A stretch of DNA of 64,000 nt from assembly GCA_031281945.1 (NCBI GenBank), contig JAITER010000020.1, positions 986-64,985 on the forward strand. The letters run 5' to 3'. Made by a program: the position numbers and the translations under genes. Shown in pieces: positions 27,046 through 37,141 of the stretch. Below the pieces are notes generated by a model. That model was not told the origin of the DNA, ran no database searches, and was given only the letters and a program-made list of their open reading frames with translations. Numbering within the stretch: the first letter of the stretch is position 1; the number at the start of each line of letters is the position of its first letter. The stretch comes from Spirochaetaceae bacterium (GTDB lineage: Bacteria; Spirochaetota; Spirochaetia; Treponematales; Breznakiellaceae).

Positions 27046-27161
27046 CGCTAGAAAGCGCAAGCGATTGAAATGGAAATCCCGCAGAAAGCCGCTTGCGGCT
27101 TTTGAGGAATTGGAATGAAAAGCGCGGTTTTTGCGTAGCAAAAATGCGTCGGGCGGCGTTG

Positions 27162-28283
27162 TTATTGATCTTTTTGATTTTCGTTTTTGACAAGCCGGCT
27201 CCCTCTGCGCATGGAAAAACGGCTTTGCAGTCTAAGTTTTTTTACGGTGAGGCCTTGTTTTGTAAAAATGGCGCGTATTGCGCCTTCCAGTTCGGCTCTG
27301 GGGGGGTTCATGGGCTGTATAAAAGCGCGTATTTTTTTGAACGTTTCTTTATAAAAATCCTGCGCTGTTTTTTCGGTGAAAAGAGACCAGTCTGTGGCGA
27401 GTTCCAAATAATCTTCTATAAGACCGTTAAGATACGAGACGACCCGCCCATCTTTTTCCTTCCCTTCCGTAGGGGCCGCAAGGGACGTGAAATATTTTTC
27501 GGCGAAGGCTTTATCGCTTTTAATTAACGCGGAAGCGGCGGGTTGCAAGTACTTAAAAAGGTTTAAATCTTCCAGACTTTTTATAATTTCCGGGGCGCTG
27601 GAAGATTTGATTATTTTTGTTATTTCTTCGGTAAGGCGGGAAGGGGAAACGGTTTCCAGCAACGGGGCCTGGGAGCGTATTTTTGAATACAAAGCCGCGG
27701 GAAGCGTCCAACCGGCCATAGCGCAGTATTTTACGGCGCGTATCATGCGGACTGGGTCTTCCTTAAAAATTACGCCCGCCGGAATGATGGGTTTAACCGT
27801 TTTGGCGCGTATATCGTTTACGCCGCCTACATAATCAAGCAACAACTGTTTTACCGGGTCGTAAAACAGGGCGTTCATCGTAAAATCGCGCCGCATGACG
27901 TCTTCTTCTATTTTACCGAAGGTGTTGCCTATGGTGCCGTCTTTAATTGAACGAAAAGTTGAAACTTCTATTATTTTTTGCCCGAAAAAAACATGAACCA
28001 GTTTGAACCGGCGGCCTATAAGCCTTGAATTGCGTATCACCCGTTTTATTTCCGGCGGGCGGGCTTCCGTCGCTATATCAAAATCTTTAGGCTTGCGTTT
28101 TAGCAAAAGGTCGCGCACCGCGCCGCCTACGATGTAAGTTTCGTAACCGACTTTTTGAAGCATGGAGCATACGCTGAAAGCTGAACCGTCTATATCGGAA
28201 AATTGTATATGGTGCTCGTCCTGGGAATAAATGACGGCTTGTTTTTCGGCCCGTCCGTTTTTTTGAGAATACCGGTATCTCAC
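27162..28283 (-). CDS. tRNA nucleotidyltransferase / poly(A) polymerase family protein
   Basis: 373 aa. YIVGGAVRDLLLKRKPKDFDIAT and the downstream RRDFTMNALFYD are head-domain motifs of the CCA-adding / PcnB family. Confidence 0.85.
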   Translation of the reverse strand: MRYRYSQKNGRAEKQAVIYSQDEHHIQFSDIDGSAFSVCSMLQKVGYETYIVGGAVRDLLLKRKPKDFDIATEARPPEIKRVIRNSRLIGRRFKLVHVFFGQKIIEVSTFRSIKDGTIGNTFGKIEEDVMRRDFTMNALFYDPVKQLLLDYVGGVNDIRAKTVKPIIPAGVIFKEDPVRMIRAVKYCAMAGWTLPAALYSKIRSQAPLLETVSPSRLTEEITKIIKSSSAPEIIKSLEDLNLFKYLQPAASALIKSDKAFAEKYFTSLAAPTEGKEKDGRVVSYLNGLIEDYLELATDWSLFTEKTAQDFYKETFKKIRAFIQPMNPPRAELEGAIRAIFTKQGLTVKKLRLQSRFSMRRGSRLVKNENQKDQ

Positions 28284-28768
28284 AACAATACTCCAAATAG
28301 ATTAATTTACCAGATATTACAGGCCAACCGGCTGGCGTCCGTCTGAATCACAGCGCAAAAATGATTCATTGCGCCTTCGTTAAACTTTTGAGCCCGTTTT
28401 TAAACGGGGAACGCCTGTTTTAATGCCCGCGCCGGGGTTGAGCCGCCGCCCGTCTATTGGACTTGCCCGCCAACCCGGTTTGCCGCCCGCCAACTTGCGG
28501 AAACTGAAGTTTCCAAACAACTCTATTATAATAAACCTTTTTCCAGCTTAGGTAAACCGGACGGCGCCCTGTTTTTCTGGCTTTACGGCGAATAGATTTA
28601 AACCGGACGCAACTAATGTTCTTTGCATATAAATTAAAGTTATTTTTTTTACTGCCGATATTGAAAAAGAATGTGTCTATATCAGGCTTCGGCTTTATTA
28701 CTTAATAGGGCGAGACGGCTTTTTTTTCACATTAAAATTCCGTTAAAAGTTTTTAGGAGAGACTTTTT

Positions 28769-29314
28769 GTGAAAAAAGCTTTTTTTTTCTTCTTGTTAGC
28801 GACTTTCACTAGTCTTTTATATGCTCAGGAATCTTTTTCTGCGGGCGCCGGATTCCAGATCAACAATTATTCTTCCGCTATGTTTGGAGCTGGCGGTCTT
28901 GTAACGACTGATTTTCGTTTTAACGAATTAATTTCGCTTGGAAGCGGATTTTTGTTTTCTTACGATGCAGGAAACGGGTCCCGCGCTTCATGGGAAAAGC
29001 CGATGACGGTGATGGAGTTGTCTGTAAACGCGCGCTGGTATTTTTTGCGGTTTAAATCGCTCGTAGACTGGTTTTTTGAATGGCAGAATTATCTTCACTG
29101 GTTCGTTCAGTTCGAAACCGGCTTTTCTGTAATAGGGGTGGACGGGAAAAACATGGTCACCTCGCAGAATAATATACCTTTTATGCTGGGAGTTTCGGCT
29201 GGAGTTCGTATAATGATAGGAAATATGTATGTGGAGCCGTATATACGCGGCGGCGAGCCTTATATGTGGGGCGCCGGCCTTATTGTAGGCGGGCGCATCA
29301 CTGGAAAAGAATAA
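28769..29314 (+). CDS. Small outer-membrane beta-barrel protein
   Basis: 181 aa with a GTG start after AGGAGAG. Signal peptide MKKAFFFFLLATFTSLLYAQ. Alternating hydrophobic strands with G/Y-rich turns. Confidence 0.5.
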   Translation: MKKAFFFFLLATFTSLLYAQESFSAGAGFQINNYSSAMFGAGGLVTTDFRFNELISLGSGFLFSYDAGNGSRASWEKPMTVMELSVNARWYFLRFKSLVDWFFEWQNYLHWFVQFETGFSVIGVDGKNMVTSQNNIPFMLGVSAGVRIMIGNMYVEPYIRGGEPYMWGAGLIVGGRITGKE

Positions 29315-29331
29315 ACAAACGGGTAAATTAA

Positions 29332-30438
29332 ATGAGATTCAAATATACAACAGGCGTTTTCAATTTTATTTTTATATTATTTTCAGTTTTTTTGGTTTTT
29401 ATTTCGTGCGGAAACCCAATGATAGCCGATGAATACGAAAAAGTGAACGGAATGGGCGACGTCGGCGTTTTTTATATAAACAGCCAAGAGGACGTAGCTA
29501 AAATACAAGCCCATTTAGACGGAACTTTTATAATCGGAGCCGCTGATACAGTGGAAGTTTCCCCTATAAAAGGAAAATTCACCGGAAAAATAATAGGAGC
29601 GGGGTCGGGCGGCGTACTTCTTACAAGCGCCCCGTTGTTTGCGGAAACGGAAAACGCGGAAATAAAAAATTTAAGGCTTAGTCTTCAGGGTTCAGCGGAA
29701 AGAGAGGCGGCCTACGTAGGTTTTATAACCGGAAAAGCGGTGAACACAAAGTTTGAAAACGTCCGGGTGGAAGGTTCTATAGCCGCGCAGGGAACCGCCG
29801 GCCTTGACGTGTATATAGGCGCCATAGCCGGAAGTATAGATGAAAAATCCGTAATAACGCGATGTTCATCCTCGGCGGCGGTGACTGTAACCAAGTCCGC
29901 CAGCTTGTTTTGCGGCGGCCTTGTTGGGTTTAACGGCGGCGTTATAAGTTATTCTTACGTTCACGCCGGCATAGCCGCGACTTCTTCCGGCGAAGCCAAT
30001 GTAGGCGGCCTTGCCGGAGCCGTAGGCCCGGCCGCTAAAATCTTTGATTCTTACTACACCTCCAAGGCCAGTTTTACGGCGGTTAGCGACGACGCTACGC
30101 TTGTAAAATTTGGCGGAATCGCCGGAAAAAACGATGGCCTTGTGGGATATTCTTATTTTTACGCGGCTGGAGCGGATCCGGAGCTAACGGTAGTGGTGGG
30201 CTCCGGATCCCAAGATGGTTGCCTTCCCGGAGACAAAATTGCAAGTGATTTTGGAACCACCATTAATGTGGCGCGGGACAACAAGGAACTGCTGGATAAA
30301 TACGGGGAGGCGCTTCAAAATAATTACTGGTATGATGTGGCTGGCAAACCCCGCCTTTCTAACAACCCGGATCCGCCCATTTATATAAACCCGGACACCG
30401 GCAAAAGCCCCGCGCTTGGAGACGAAGACTGGTGGTAA
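29332..30438 (+). CDS. Lipoprotein with GLUG-motif repeats
   Basis: 368 aa with lipobox FISCGN. Repeated GGL(V/A)G...G.I..SY segments (CGGLVGFNGGVISYSYV, VGGLAGAVG, FGGIAGKNDGLVGYSYF) match the GLUG motif seen in adhesin and IgA-protease-type proteins. Confidence 0.6.
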   Translation: MRFKYTTGVFNFIFILFSVFLVFISCGNPMIADEYEKVNGMGDVGVFYINSQEDVAKIQAHLDGTFIIGAADTVEVSPIKGKFTGKIIGAGSGGVLLTSAPLFAETENAEIKNLRLSLQGSAEREAAYVGFITGKAVNTKFENVRVEGSIAAQGTAGLDVYIGAIAGSIDEKSVITRCSSSAAVTVTKSASLFCGGLVGFNGGVISYSYVHAGIAATSSGEANVGGLAGAVGPAAKIFDSYYTSKASFTAVSDDATLVKFGGIAGKNDGLVGYSYFYAAGADPELTVVVGSGSQDGCLPGDKIASDFGTTINVARDNKELLDKYGEALQNNYWYDVAGKPRLSNNPDPPIYINPDTGKSPALGDEDWW

Positions 30439-30466
30439 TAGACCGGCGGGCTTTTAATCCACAAAT

Positions 30467-31618
30467 ATGCGGCGAATATACCTTGTAAAAATAGGCGAAT
30501 TATCGCTAAAAGGGGCGAACCGCCCGTTTTTTGAACAAGTCCTTGTACGCAACCTTTCCGCCATGCTTAAAAACTCCAGCGCTTGCGTCAACAGGCGAAA
30601 CGGGCGCCTGTATGTTAGTTGCGAAGACGCCGCCGCACCTGTTGTGGAAGACGCTTTATCCCGCCTCGCCGGAATCACCGGCTGGGCGCAGGCCAGGAAA
30701 ACGGAAAAAACGCCGCCCGCCGTGATTAAGGCCGCGGTGGAAGAGGTTGCGGCGTACGCCGCTTCCGGCGCCAAGACGTTCAAAATAGAGACGCGCCGTA
30801 CGGACAAAAGTTTTCCGTTAAATTCTTACGCGATATGTTGCGCGGCGGCTGACGCGGCGCTCGCCCAATTCAACAATTTAAAAGTGGACGTTCATAAACC
30901 GGACGCCGTTATTAACATAGAAATACGCGAAAACGCCTACGTTTACGGGGTTGAGCGGGCCGGTCTAAAAGGCTTGCCCGTTGGAACCGCCGGCCGCGGC
31001 CTTTTGTTGCTTTCGGGCGGCATAGATTCGCCTGTGGCCGGGTATATGATGGCCCTGCGCGGAATGAAATGCCGCGCGGTGTACTTTCACGCTCATCCGT
31101 ATACTTCGCTGGAAGCGAAAGAAAAGGTGATGCGGCTGTCTCAAATTGTAGGACGTTATACGATGGGCTTGCCTCTGCGAGTCGTAAGTTTTACAAAGGT
31201 TCAACAGGCTATAAAAGAAAAGGCTCAAACGGCCTGGAGAACCGTGCTTTTGCGCATGGCCATGATGGATTGCGCCAGCGCGCTTGCGCGTTACGAAAAA
31301 TGCAAATGCCTTGTTACCGGCGAAAGTTTGTCGCAGGTGGCCAGTCAAACGGTGGAAAATATAACTTGCACCGGAAGCCGCAGCCGCCTGCCGGTTTTTC
31401 GCCCGCTTATAGGCATGGATAAGGAAGCCATAATCCGCCTGTCCGTCTCCATAGGCGCGTACGAGACGTCCATACTGCCTTACGAAGACTGTTGCGTTCT
31501 GTTCAGCCCGCCGCACCCGGTTTTACGCGCCAATCTTGAGGAAGCTGGCGCCATATACGAAAGCCTAAATCTTCAACCGCTAATAAAAGAAGCGATTTTG
31601 GGCGCGGAAAAGTATTAG
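30467..31618 (+). CDS. thiI: tRNA 4-thiouridine(8) synthase
   Basis: 383 aa. THUMP-type N-terminus and PP-loop LLLLSGGIDSPVAGYMM are present. LVTGESLSQVASQT is also present. Confidence 0.9.
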   Translation: MRRIYLVKIGELSLKGANRPFFEQVLVRNLSAMLKNSSACVNRRNGRLYVSCEDAAAPVVEDALSRLAGITGWAQARKTEKTPPAVIKAAVEEVAAYAASGAKTFKIETRRTDKSFPLNSYAICCAAADAALAQFNNLKVDVHKPDAVINIEIRENAYVYGVERAGLKGLPVGTAGRGLLLLSGGIDSPVAGYMMALRGMKCRAVYFHAHPYTSLEAKEKVMRLSQIVGRYTMGLPLRVVSFTKVQQAIKEKAQTAWRTVLLRMAMMDCASALARYEKCKCLVTGESLSQVASQTVENITCTGSRSRLPVFRPLIGMDKEAIIRLSVSIGAYETSILPYEDCCVLFSPPHPVLRANLEEAGAIYESLNLQPLIKEAILGAEKY

Positions 31619-31758
31619 GACGTCCAGAAACTTCAGTTTTAACCGGCTCATTACCTAGACAGGGCGCCGCTTTTTCCTTTACGGTTAGTTAAGCGGGTTT
31701 TTGGAAGTAAAATCCGCGTTCAAATAATGTAAGATGTTTAGTAAGGAGAGAATTAACG

Positions 31759-33585
31759 ATGCAAATTAGTGATTTAAAGCACCCAAAACTGAAAAAATGG
31801 GTGGAAGAAGCGGCGGCTCTTATGCAGCCGGATTCTATTGAAATTTGTGATGGAAGCAAAGACGAATACAACCGGATGATTAAGCTTAACATTGATTCAG
31901 GGCTCGCCGTGGAACTTAACCCGCAAAAAAAACCGGGTTGTGTTTTGTTCCGTTCCGATCCGTCCGATGTGGCCCGCGTGGAAGCCCGTACGTATATCGC
32001 CGCGAAAAGCAAGGACGACGCCGGCCCCACAAACAACTGGGTGGATCCGTCCGAATTAAAAAAGACCATGACCGGCTTGTTTAACGGCTCCATGAAAGGG
32101 CGCGTTATGTATGTGATACCGTTTTCCATGGGCCCCATAGGTTCGGAGATAGCGAAAATAGGCGTGGAGATTACGGATTCGCCTTACGTGGTCGCGAATA
32201 TGCATATTATGGCGCGGGTGGGGGCGAAAGTTTTGGATGTGCTGGGAACGGAAGGGTTTTTTGTTCCATGTTTCCATTCGGTGGGAAAGCCGCTTGCGAG
32301 CGGTGAAAAAGACGCGGGCGTTTGGCCCTGCGCTCCCATGGATAAAAAATACATCTCCCATTTTCCGGAAACCCGCGAAATTTGGAGTTTTGGTTCAGGT
32401 TACGGCGGCAACGCGCTTCTCGGCAAAAAATGCCTGGCTTTGCGCATAGCTTCGGTTTTGGCCAGGGACGAAGGCTGGCTGGCTGAACACATGCTCATAT
32501 TAAAAATAACCAACCCGGAAGGTTCGGTAAAATATATAGCCGGCGCTTTTCCTTCAGCCTGCGGTAAAACAAATCTCGCCATGCTTATTCCCACGCTTCC
32601 GGGCTGGAAAGTGGAAACGGTGGGCGACGACATCGCCTGGATGAAATTCGGCGCGGACGGGCGCCTGTACGCGATTAACCCGGAAGCGGGTTTTTTTGGC
32701 GTAGCTCCCGGCACAAACAACGAATCTAACAAAAACGCTATGGAGACCATCAAAAAAAATACGATTTACACAAACGTAGCGCTTACCGAAGACAAGGATA
32801 TATGGTGGGAAGGTATAGGCTACGACGCCCCCGGCCCTCTTACGGATTGGAAAGGGAAAAAGTGGGTTCAGGATAAAAGCGACAAGAAACAGGAGCCGGC
32901 GGCTCACCCGAACAGCAGATTTACAGGGCCGGCCAAACAATGCCCGGCTGTAGCAAGCGAGTGGGAAGATCCAAAAGGCGTGCCTATCAGCGCCATACTG
33001 TTCGGCGGGCGCCGTCCAAAAACGATACCGCTTGTAAACCAGGCTAAAGACTGGGCTCACGGCGTGTTTATGGGTTCTATTGTCGGTTCGGAGGTTACGG
33101 CGGCGGCTTTGGACGTAAAAGCCGGCGTAATACGCCGCGATCCTTTCGCCATGCTTCCGTTCTGCGGATACCACATGGGCGATTATTTTAACCACTGGCT
33201 TAAAATAGGGGAAAGCGCCAAAGACCCTTCCAAACTTCCAAAAATCTTTTTTGTAAACTGGTTCCGCAAGAACGACGCCGGTAAATTTATATGGCCCGGC
33301 TACGGTGAAAACAGCCGCGTTTTGGCCTGGATTTTTGACCGTTGCGATGATAAAGGCGATGCGATGGATACGGCTATAGGCGTTTTGCCAAAAGCTTCCG
33401 CGATTTCGCGTCCGCAGGGCGTTAGCGAGGAGGATTTAAAAGAAATCCTAAAAGTGGATGTTGAAGGCTGGAAAGCTGAAATTGCGGATGTAAGGGCGAA
33501 TCATTACCCGAAATTTGGCGATAAATTGCCAAAAGAGCTGGAGAATCAGCTTGAAGCTATAGAAAAAAGGCTTGCTTCAAGTTAA
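31759..33585 (+). CDS. pckG: Phosphoenolpyruvate carboxykinase (GTP)
   Basis: 608 aa. The kinase-1a loop [13 protein letters not shown] and [22 protein letters not shown] are classic GTP-PEPCK motifs. SD AAGGAGAG. Confidence 0.95.
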   Translation: MQISDLKHPKLKKWVEEAAALMQPDSIEICDGSKDEYNRMIKLNIDSGLAVELNPQKKPGCVLFRSDPSDVARVEARTYIAAKSKDDAGPTNNWVDPSELKKTMTGLFNGSMKGRVMYVIPFSMGPIGSEIAKIGVEITDSPYVVANMHIMARVGAKVLDVLGTEGFFVPCFHSVGKPLASGEKDAGVWPCAPMDKKYISHFPETREIWSFGSGYGGNALLGKKCLALRIASVLARDEGWLAEHMLILKITNPEGSVKYIAGAFPSACGKTNLAMLIPTLPGWKVETVGDDIAWMKFGADGRLYAINPEAGFFGVAPGTNNESNKNAMETIKKNTIYTNVALTEDKDIWWEGIGYDAPGPLTDWKGKKWVQDKSDKKQEPAAHPNSRFTGPAKQCPAVASEWEDPKGVPISAILFGGRRPKTIPLVNQAKDWAHGVFMGSIVGSEVTAAALDVKAGVIRRDPFAMLPFCGYHMGDYFNHWLKIGESAKDPSKLPKIFFVNWFRKNDAGKFIWPGYGENSRVLAWIFDRCDDKGDAMDTAIGVLPKASAISRPQGVSEEDLKEILKVDVEGWKAEIADVRANHYPKFGDKLPKELENQLEAIEKRLASS

Positions 33586-33600
33586 AAACCTTAGGCGGAA

Positions 33601-33630
33601 GTTGTTCAGAAACTGAAGTTTCCGAACAAC
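33601..33630 (+). repeat. Family-1 intergenic hairpin repeat (type copy)
   Basis: gttgttcagaaac-tgaa-gtttccgaacaac forms a 13-bp stem with one mismatch and a 4-nt loop, 16 nt after the pckG stop. It is flanked by ggaa on the left and tctattcc on the right. Confidence 0.8.
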
Positions 33631-33722
33631 TCTATTCCATAAATTAAAAACCGGCGCAAAACAAACGTCTTTTTTTTCGGGTTGTTTTACGCCGGGATTT
33701 TTTATTGCGGGAGGGCGCATCT

Positions 33723-34280
33723 ATGTCTGATTCTGAAGATGTTGATTTAGGCGAGGGCGGCGAAAGCAACCCCCAGGGCGAGAAAAAGAAAGGCGCCGCT
33801 TTAGGCGGCGTTATGCCGAATATTCTTAAATTTGTGGCTATAGGCCTGGCCGCGCTTATTTTTATAGTTACGGTGGCCGTAATTACATTTAGCATTATGA
33901 ATAAAAGCGGTAAATCGCAGACTGTGGCGCCGCAGACCGAGGCTTATGTAGCCGTAAAACCGGTTTATTCCATGTTTACCATGATTGGCGACGTTATTAC
34001 GCGCACAAAAGACGCAACGCCCTGGAACGTGCTTGTTAACATGATAATAGCGTATGATCTTGACGATACGGCGACTTCAGCCGAACTTATAGCCCGCCAG
34101 TACGAGTTGCGCGATTTTGTGCGCCGCTTTTTTAGCAGTAAAACCGTACAGGAATTGCAGCCGGAAAATGAATTTAAACTAAAACAGGAAATACGCGAAC
34201 AATTGAACACGCAAATTCTGGATAAAGCGCGGGCGCGGGAAATTTTATTTGACAAACTAGACTTAATGGAAACCAATTAG
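33723..34280 (+). CDS. fliL: Flagellar basal-body-associated protein FliL
   Basis: Single TM segment (FVAIGLAALIFIVTVAVITF) followed by FliL-like ...LVNMIIAYDLDD...RDFVRRFFSSKTVQEL...LKQEIREQLN. ATG 33723 lies 7 nt after GGAGG. Confidence 0.8.
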   Translation: MSDSEDVDLGEGGESNPQGEKKKGAALGGVMPNILKFVAIGLAALIFIVTVAVITFSIMNKSGKSQTVAPQTEAYVAVKPVYSMFTMIGDVITRTKDATPWNVLVNMIIAYDLDDTATSAELIARQYELRDFVRRFFSSKTVQELQPENEFKLKQEIREQLNTQILDKARAREILFDKLDLMETN

Positions 34281-34469
34281 TTTTTTTAACAAACCTTGTT
34301 TTGCGGGTTTTAGGCTTGCGAAAGCGAAAATTTTTGGAGCCGCGCAAAAATAAACTGTTACACGGTTCCAGCGCGGCTCCTTAAAAAATTACGGCTTTAA
34401 GGCGAAGAAGCCCGCGTTATTAAAATCTGGCGCCGCGCTTCTTGTTTTTGCGGCGCTTGTTTATAAAAA

Positions 34470-35369
34470 ATGAAAAAATCAAATATACATATACATACTT
34501 TTTTTTGCGACGGCGAGGGATCGCCTGAAGATTTTTGCAAGGCGGCTTTTGCGCGGGGGCTTGTTTCCATAGGGTTTAGCGCCCACGCGCCGCTAAAAAA
34601 AAATCTGGGCGTCTGTACAAACTGGCATTTAAAAGAAGAACGCTTTGATGCTTACAAAGAAGCGGTTTTGAACTGCAAAAAAGAGTGGCGGGGTAAACTG
34701 GACGTGTTTTTGGGCCTGGAAGCCGATTATGTGGCCGGTTTCCAGACGCCCGCTGATTTTGGCGCTTACGGCCTTGATTATATTATAGGCTCGGCGCATT
34801 GCCCGGTTCCGCCCCAAGCGGATGGTTTTTTTGACGGCGGCGCCTTTCTTTGCGTGGACGGGAGCGCGGACGATTGGTCTCGGCTTGTGGACGTCTTTTT
34901 TAACGGAGAGGTTGCGGCTCTTGTAAACTGTTATTGGGAGCGTCTGGAAGAAATGATAAATTCCGGCGGTTTTGACGTGCTGGCCCATGCGGATTTGTTA
35001 AAAAAGAACAACAAAGCCGGCGTTTTGCCTTCGCGGTATCTTTTTGACGAAGCCGCGCCGGCGTACACGCGCAATTTTGAGCGTATAGCCGCCGCTTGCG
35101 CCAAAACAGGGCTTGTAGTGGAGATAAACACCGGCGGGCTTAACAGGGGGCGCATAAGCGAAACCTACCCTTCCATCGCTTTTTTAAAGGTTTTGCGGGC
35201 GTATAAAATTCCGGTCGCGATTAACGGCGATTCCCACAACACAGCCCACATAGACGGGCATTACGAAAAGGCCGTAAATTCGGCGCTGGCGGCCGGTTAC
35301 CGCGAAATAATGATTTTTAACGGAAGAAAAGACGGAAAAGCGCTTTGGGCGGCGGAATGTTTGCCGTAG
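34470..35369 (+). CDS. PHP-family histidinol-phosphatase-like hydrolase
   Basis: 299 aa. IHIHTFFCDGEGSPEDF, GFSAHAP and the later HADL / GDSHN metal-ligand motifs are typical of PHP (HisK/HisJ-type) phosphatases. Confidence 0.75.
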   Translation: MKKSNIHIHTFFCDGEGSPEDFCKAAFARGLVSIGFSAHAPLKKNLGVCTNWHLKEERFDAYKEAVLNCKKEWRGKLDVFLGLEADYVAGFQTPADFGAYGLDYIIGSAHCPVPPQADGFFDGGAFLCVDGSADDWSRLVDVFFNGEVAALVNCYWERLEEMINSGGFDVLAHADLLKKNNKAGVLPSRYLFDEAAPAYTRNFERIAAACAKTGLVVEINTGGLNRGRISETYPSIAFLKVLRAYKIPVAINGDSHNTAHIDGHYEKAVNSALAAGYREIMIFNGRKDGKALWAAECLP

Positions 35370-35557
35370 TTTTTGGGGCGCGGCGCATTGCTCTTAAACA
35401 AATTAAGAAGACCGGCTTTGGAAAACGATGCGCCGGTTGCGCCCCAATGGAAAAACCTTAACCTTGTTTGACAACCTTGAACTTATGGAAAGGAAGCCGG
35501 CGCGGGGATGAAGCCGCGCCGGCAAGGGGCGCGCCGTGTGGAACAACGGCGCTTTTT

Positions 35558-36952
35558 TTAGAAGTTATAGTTAAGGATGATGGGGAAGAAAAGTTGGGGT
35601 TTTGCGCCTTCGTGCGCTTCGCCGCCAGGAAGCTTTACTGTGGCTCCAAAACGGACGTCGCCGCCCGCGAAGTTGTGGCGAACAAAAAGGCCTATTCCGT
35701 TGTCAATGTAGTTGTTCTTTAGTTCAGCGGCTTTCTTCGCATCGTCACCACCATTTTTTGTTTTTTCTGCCCAGTATTCAAGGTACTGCTTATCCACATC
35801 GCCGCCGACTGCGCCAGTGGAGCTGCGCGCTGCAACATCGCTGCCGAACTGGACGTCCAGCATATATTCCAGGCCTATAATCCAGCCCGGGCTTACCGTG
35901 TACATTGGCGTGAAGGAGAACAGGACGTTGTCGCCCTTTTTTACTTTAACGGTTTTTTCAACAGTAGGATCGTTTATCCTAGTGTAATAATCGTCCGTAA
36001 GGGTTGTTTCATCATAGGCGCCGAGCTTGCCGCTAAGCCTGCCGTAAAAGCGCAAAGGAATGGTTGGCAGGGTTGTGTCAAAGCCAAGGCCTATAATGTA
36101 GGGACGCTGTTCGGTCAAGTTGGCTATTACAACTTCTGGCGTACTATACTGTTTGTATTCGTATGGGAGCGGGATTTGTCCGGCAAGGTCTATGTTAAGC
36201 CCTTTGACAGCCGTAAGCTGGAAGCCAACTTGAAATGTGGGGCTTCTGCCGGTGGCTTCGGCCCCTGTGGCTTTGAAGCCCTCGACGTCGCTGCCGTCTT
36301 CGTTTGTGGGTTTGGGGCCGTTAAACAGCGCACGCACAAAGCCTACGTTGTCTATTTTGTAGCCTATGCCGGCCTGTATGTTCGCCCATGCATCCAAGGC
36401 GCCGTCTTCCCGCAACTCTTTTACGGAACGTTTGTCAAAATCGCTGCCTATAGCCGCCCCAATGTAAAGGTTGCCCGGCGTAAAGGCTACGTGGGTTCCG
36501 AAGCCGGTTGTTTTAAATCTGGAGAAAAACGCGCTTTCGTCAAGATTGTCGCCGCGGATGTAAAGCAGGTAATTGTGGAAACCGCCGCCGCTCACTCCAA
36601 TTTTGAAGCGCAGGTCGTCTTCTATAAACTTGCCGAGCGTAACTTTGAAGACGCTTGACGGTTTAAGCCAAACTTTCGCGTTGTCGTCTATCGCTAAACC
36701 GTGACCGTCGGCGTTGAGGGCCACCACAGCCCCAATGGTGCCGGCCTCGTTTTGGCCGTTTGCGACCAACTGAACGCGGGGCCCGTCGTCGCCCCAGCGA
36801 ACCTCGGAGCTCGTAACCGTTTCGGCCGGGTCGCCGAAGCGTACGCCGAAAGGCACAATAGTCGCGCTTCCGTTTCCGCTAAAATTAATTTCGGCGAAAA
36901 CCGCCGCTGCCGCGACCGTAAAAGTCAAAGCGGCTAAGAAAAGTCTCTTCAT
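35558..36952 (-). CDS. Outer-membrane beta-barrel porin-like protein
   Basis: 464 aa. SD GGAGG. Signal peptide MKRLFLAALTFTVAAAAVFA. The sequence has a beta-strand alternation pattern throughout and a C-terminal ...PIILNYNF aromatic terminus. Confidence 0.6.
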   Translation of the reverse strand: MKRLFLAALTFTVAAAAVFAEINFSGNGSATIVPFGVRFGDPAETVTSSEVRWGDDGPRVQLVANGQNEAGTIGAVVALNADGHGLAIDDNAKVWLKPSSVFKVTLGKFIEDDLRFKIGVSGGGFHNYLLYIRGDNLDESAFFSRFKTTGFGTHVAFTPGNLYIGAAIGSDFDKRSVKELREDGALDAWANIQAGIGYKIDNVGFVRALFNGPKPTNEDGSDVEGFKATGAEATGRSPTFQVGFQLTAVKGLNIDLAGQIPLPYEYKQYSTPEVVIANLTEQRPYIIGLGFDTTLPTIPLRFYGRLSGKLGAYDETTLTDDYYTRINDPTVEKTVKVKKGDNVLFSFTPMYTVSPGWIIGLEYMLDVQFGSDVAARSSTGAVGGDVDKQYLEYWAEKTKNGGDDAKKAAELKNNYIDNGIGLFVRHNFAGGDVRFGATVKLPGGEAHEGAKPQLFFPIILNYNF

Positions 36953-37141
36953 AACAAAGTTCCTCCATTACACACAATTATATAACATTACTTTTGTAAT
37001 TTGCAACTATTTTTTTTATTGATTGTTTTATGTTTCTCTTAAGGAAGCTTGCGGCGCTGTTACAGGCATGGAGGGGGTGAATAAATCGCCCGCGAAATAT
37101 CGCAAACGATTTAATTCTTTATGCTATAAGGAATTGTAAAT

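Noticed and set aside
26452-27051. Possible CRISPR array: a ~37-bp repeat recurring five times at roughly regular spacing.
   Set aside because: The intervening segments are 65-115 bp rather than 30-40 bp. They are themselves repeated modules, not unique spacers. No cas genes are in the window, and the repeats are embedded in larger ~110 and ~220-bp periodic units.
26452-27141. ORFs 26452-27051 (+), 26697-26927 (+), 26680-27141 (-) and 26287-26487 (-) as protein genes.
   Set aside because: They lie wholly in the GC-rich repeat cluster. The DNA repeat units fall in different reading frames within the same ORF. The predicted peptides are Arg/Pro/Gly-rich low complexity, and there is no start context.
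32554-33195. Long antisense or overlapping ORFs inside well-supported genes: 32554-33195 in pckG, 30965-31516 in thiI, 53099-53629 in rplA, 38562-39083 and 39668-40132 in clpA, and 14795-15238 in nagZ.
   Set aside because: Each is fully contained in a gene with strong family motifs on the other strand or frame. The peptides are compositionally odd (Arg/Ala/Pro-rich), which is typical of GC-rich shadow ORFs.
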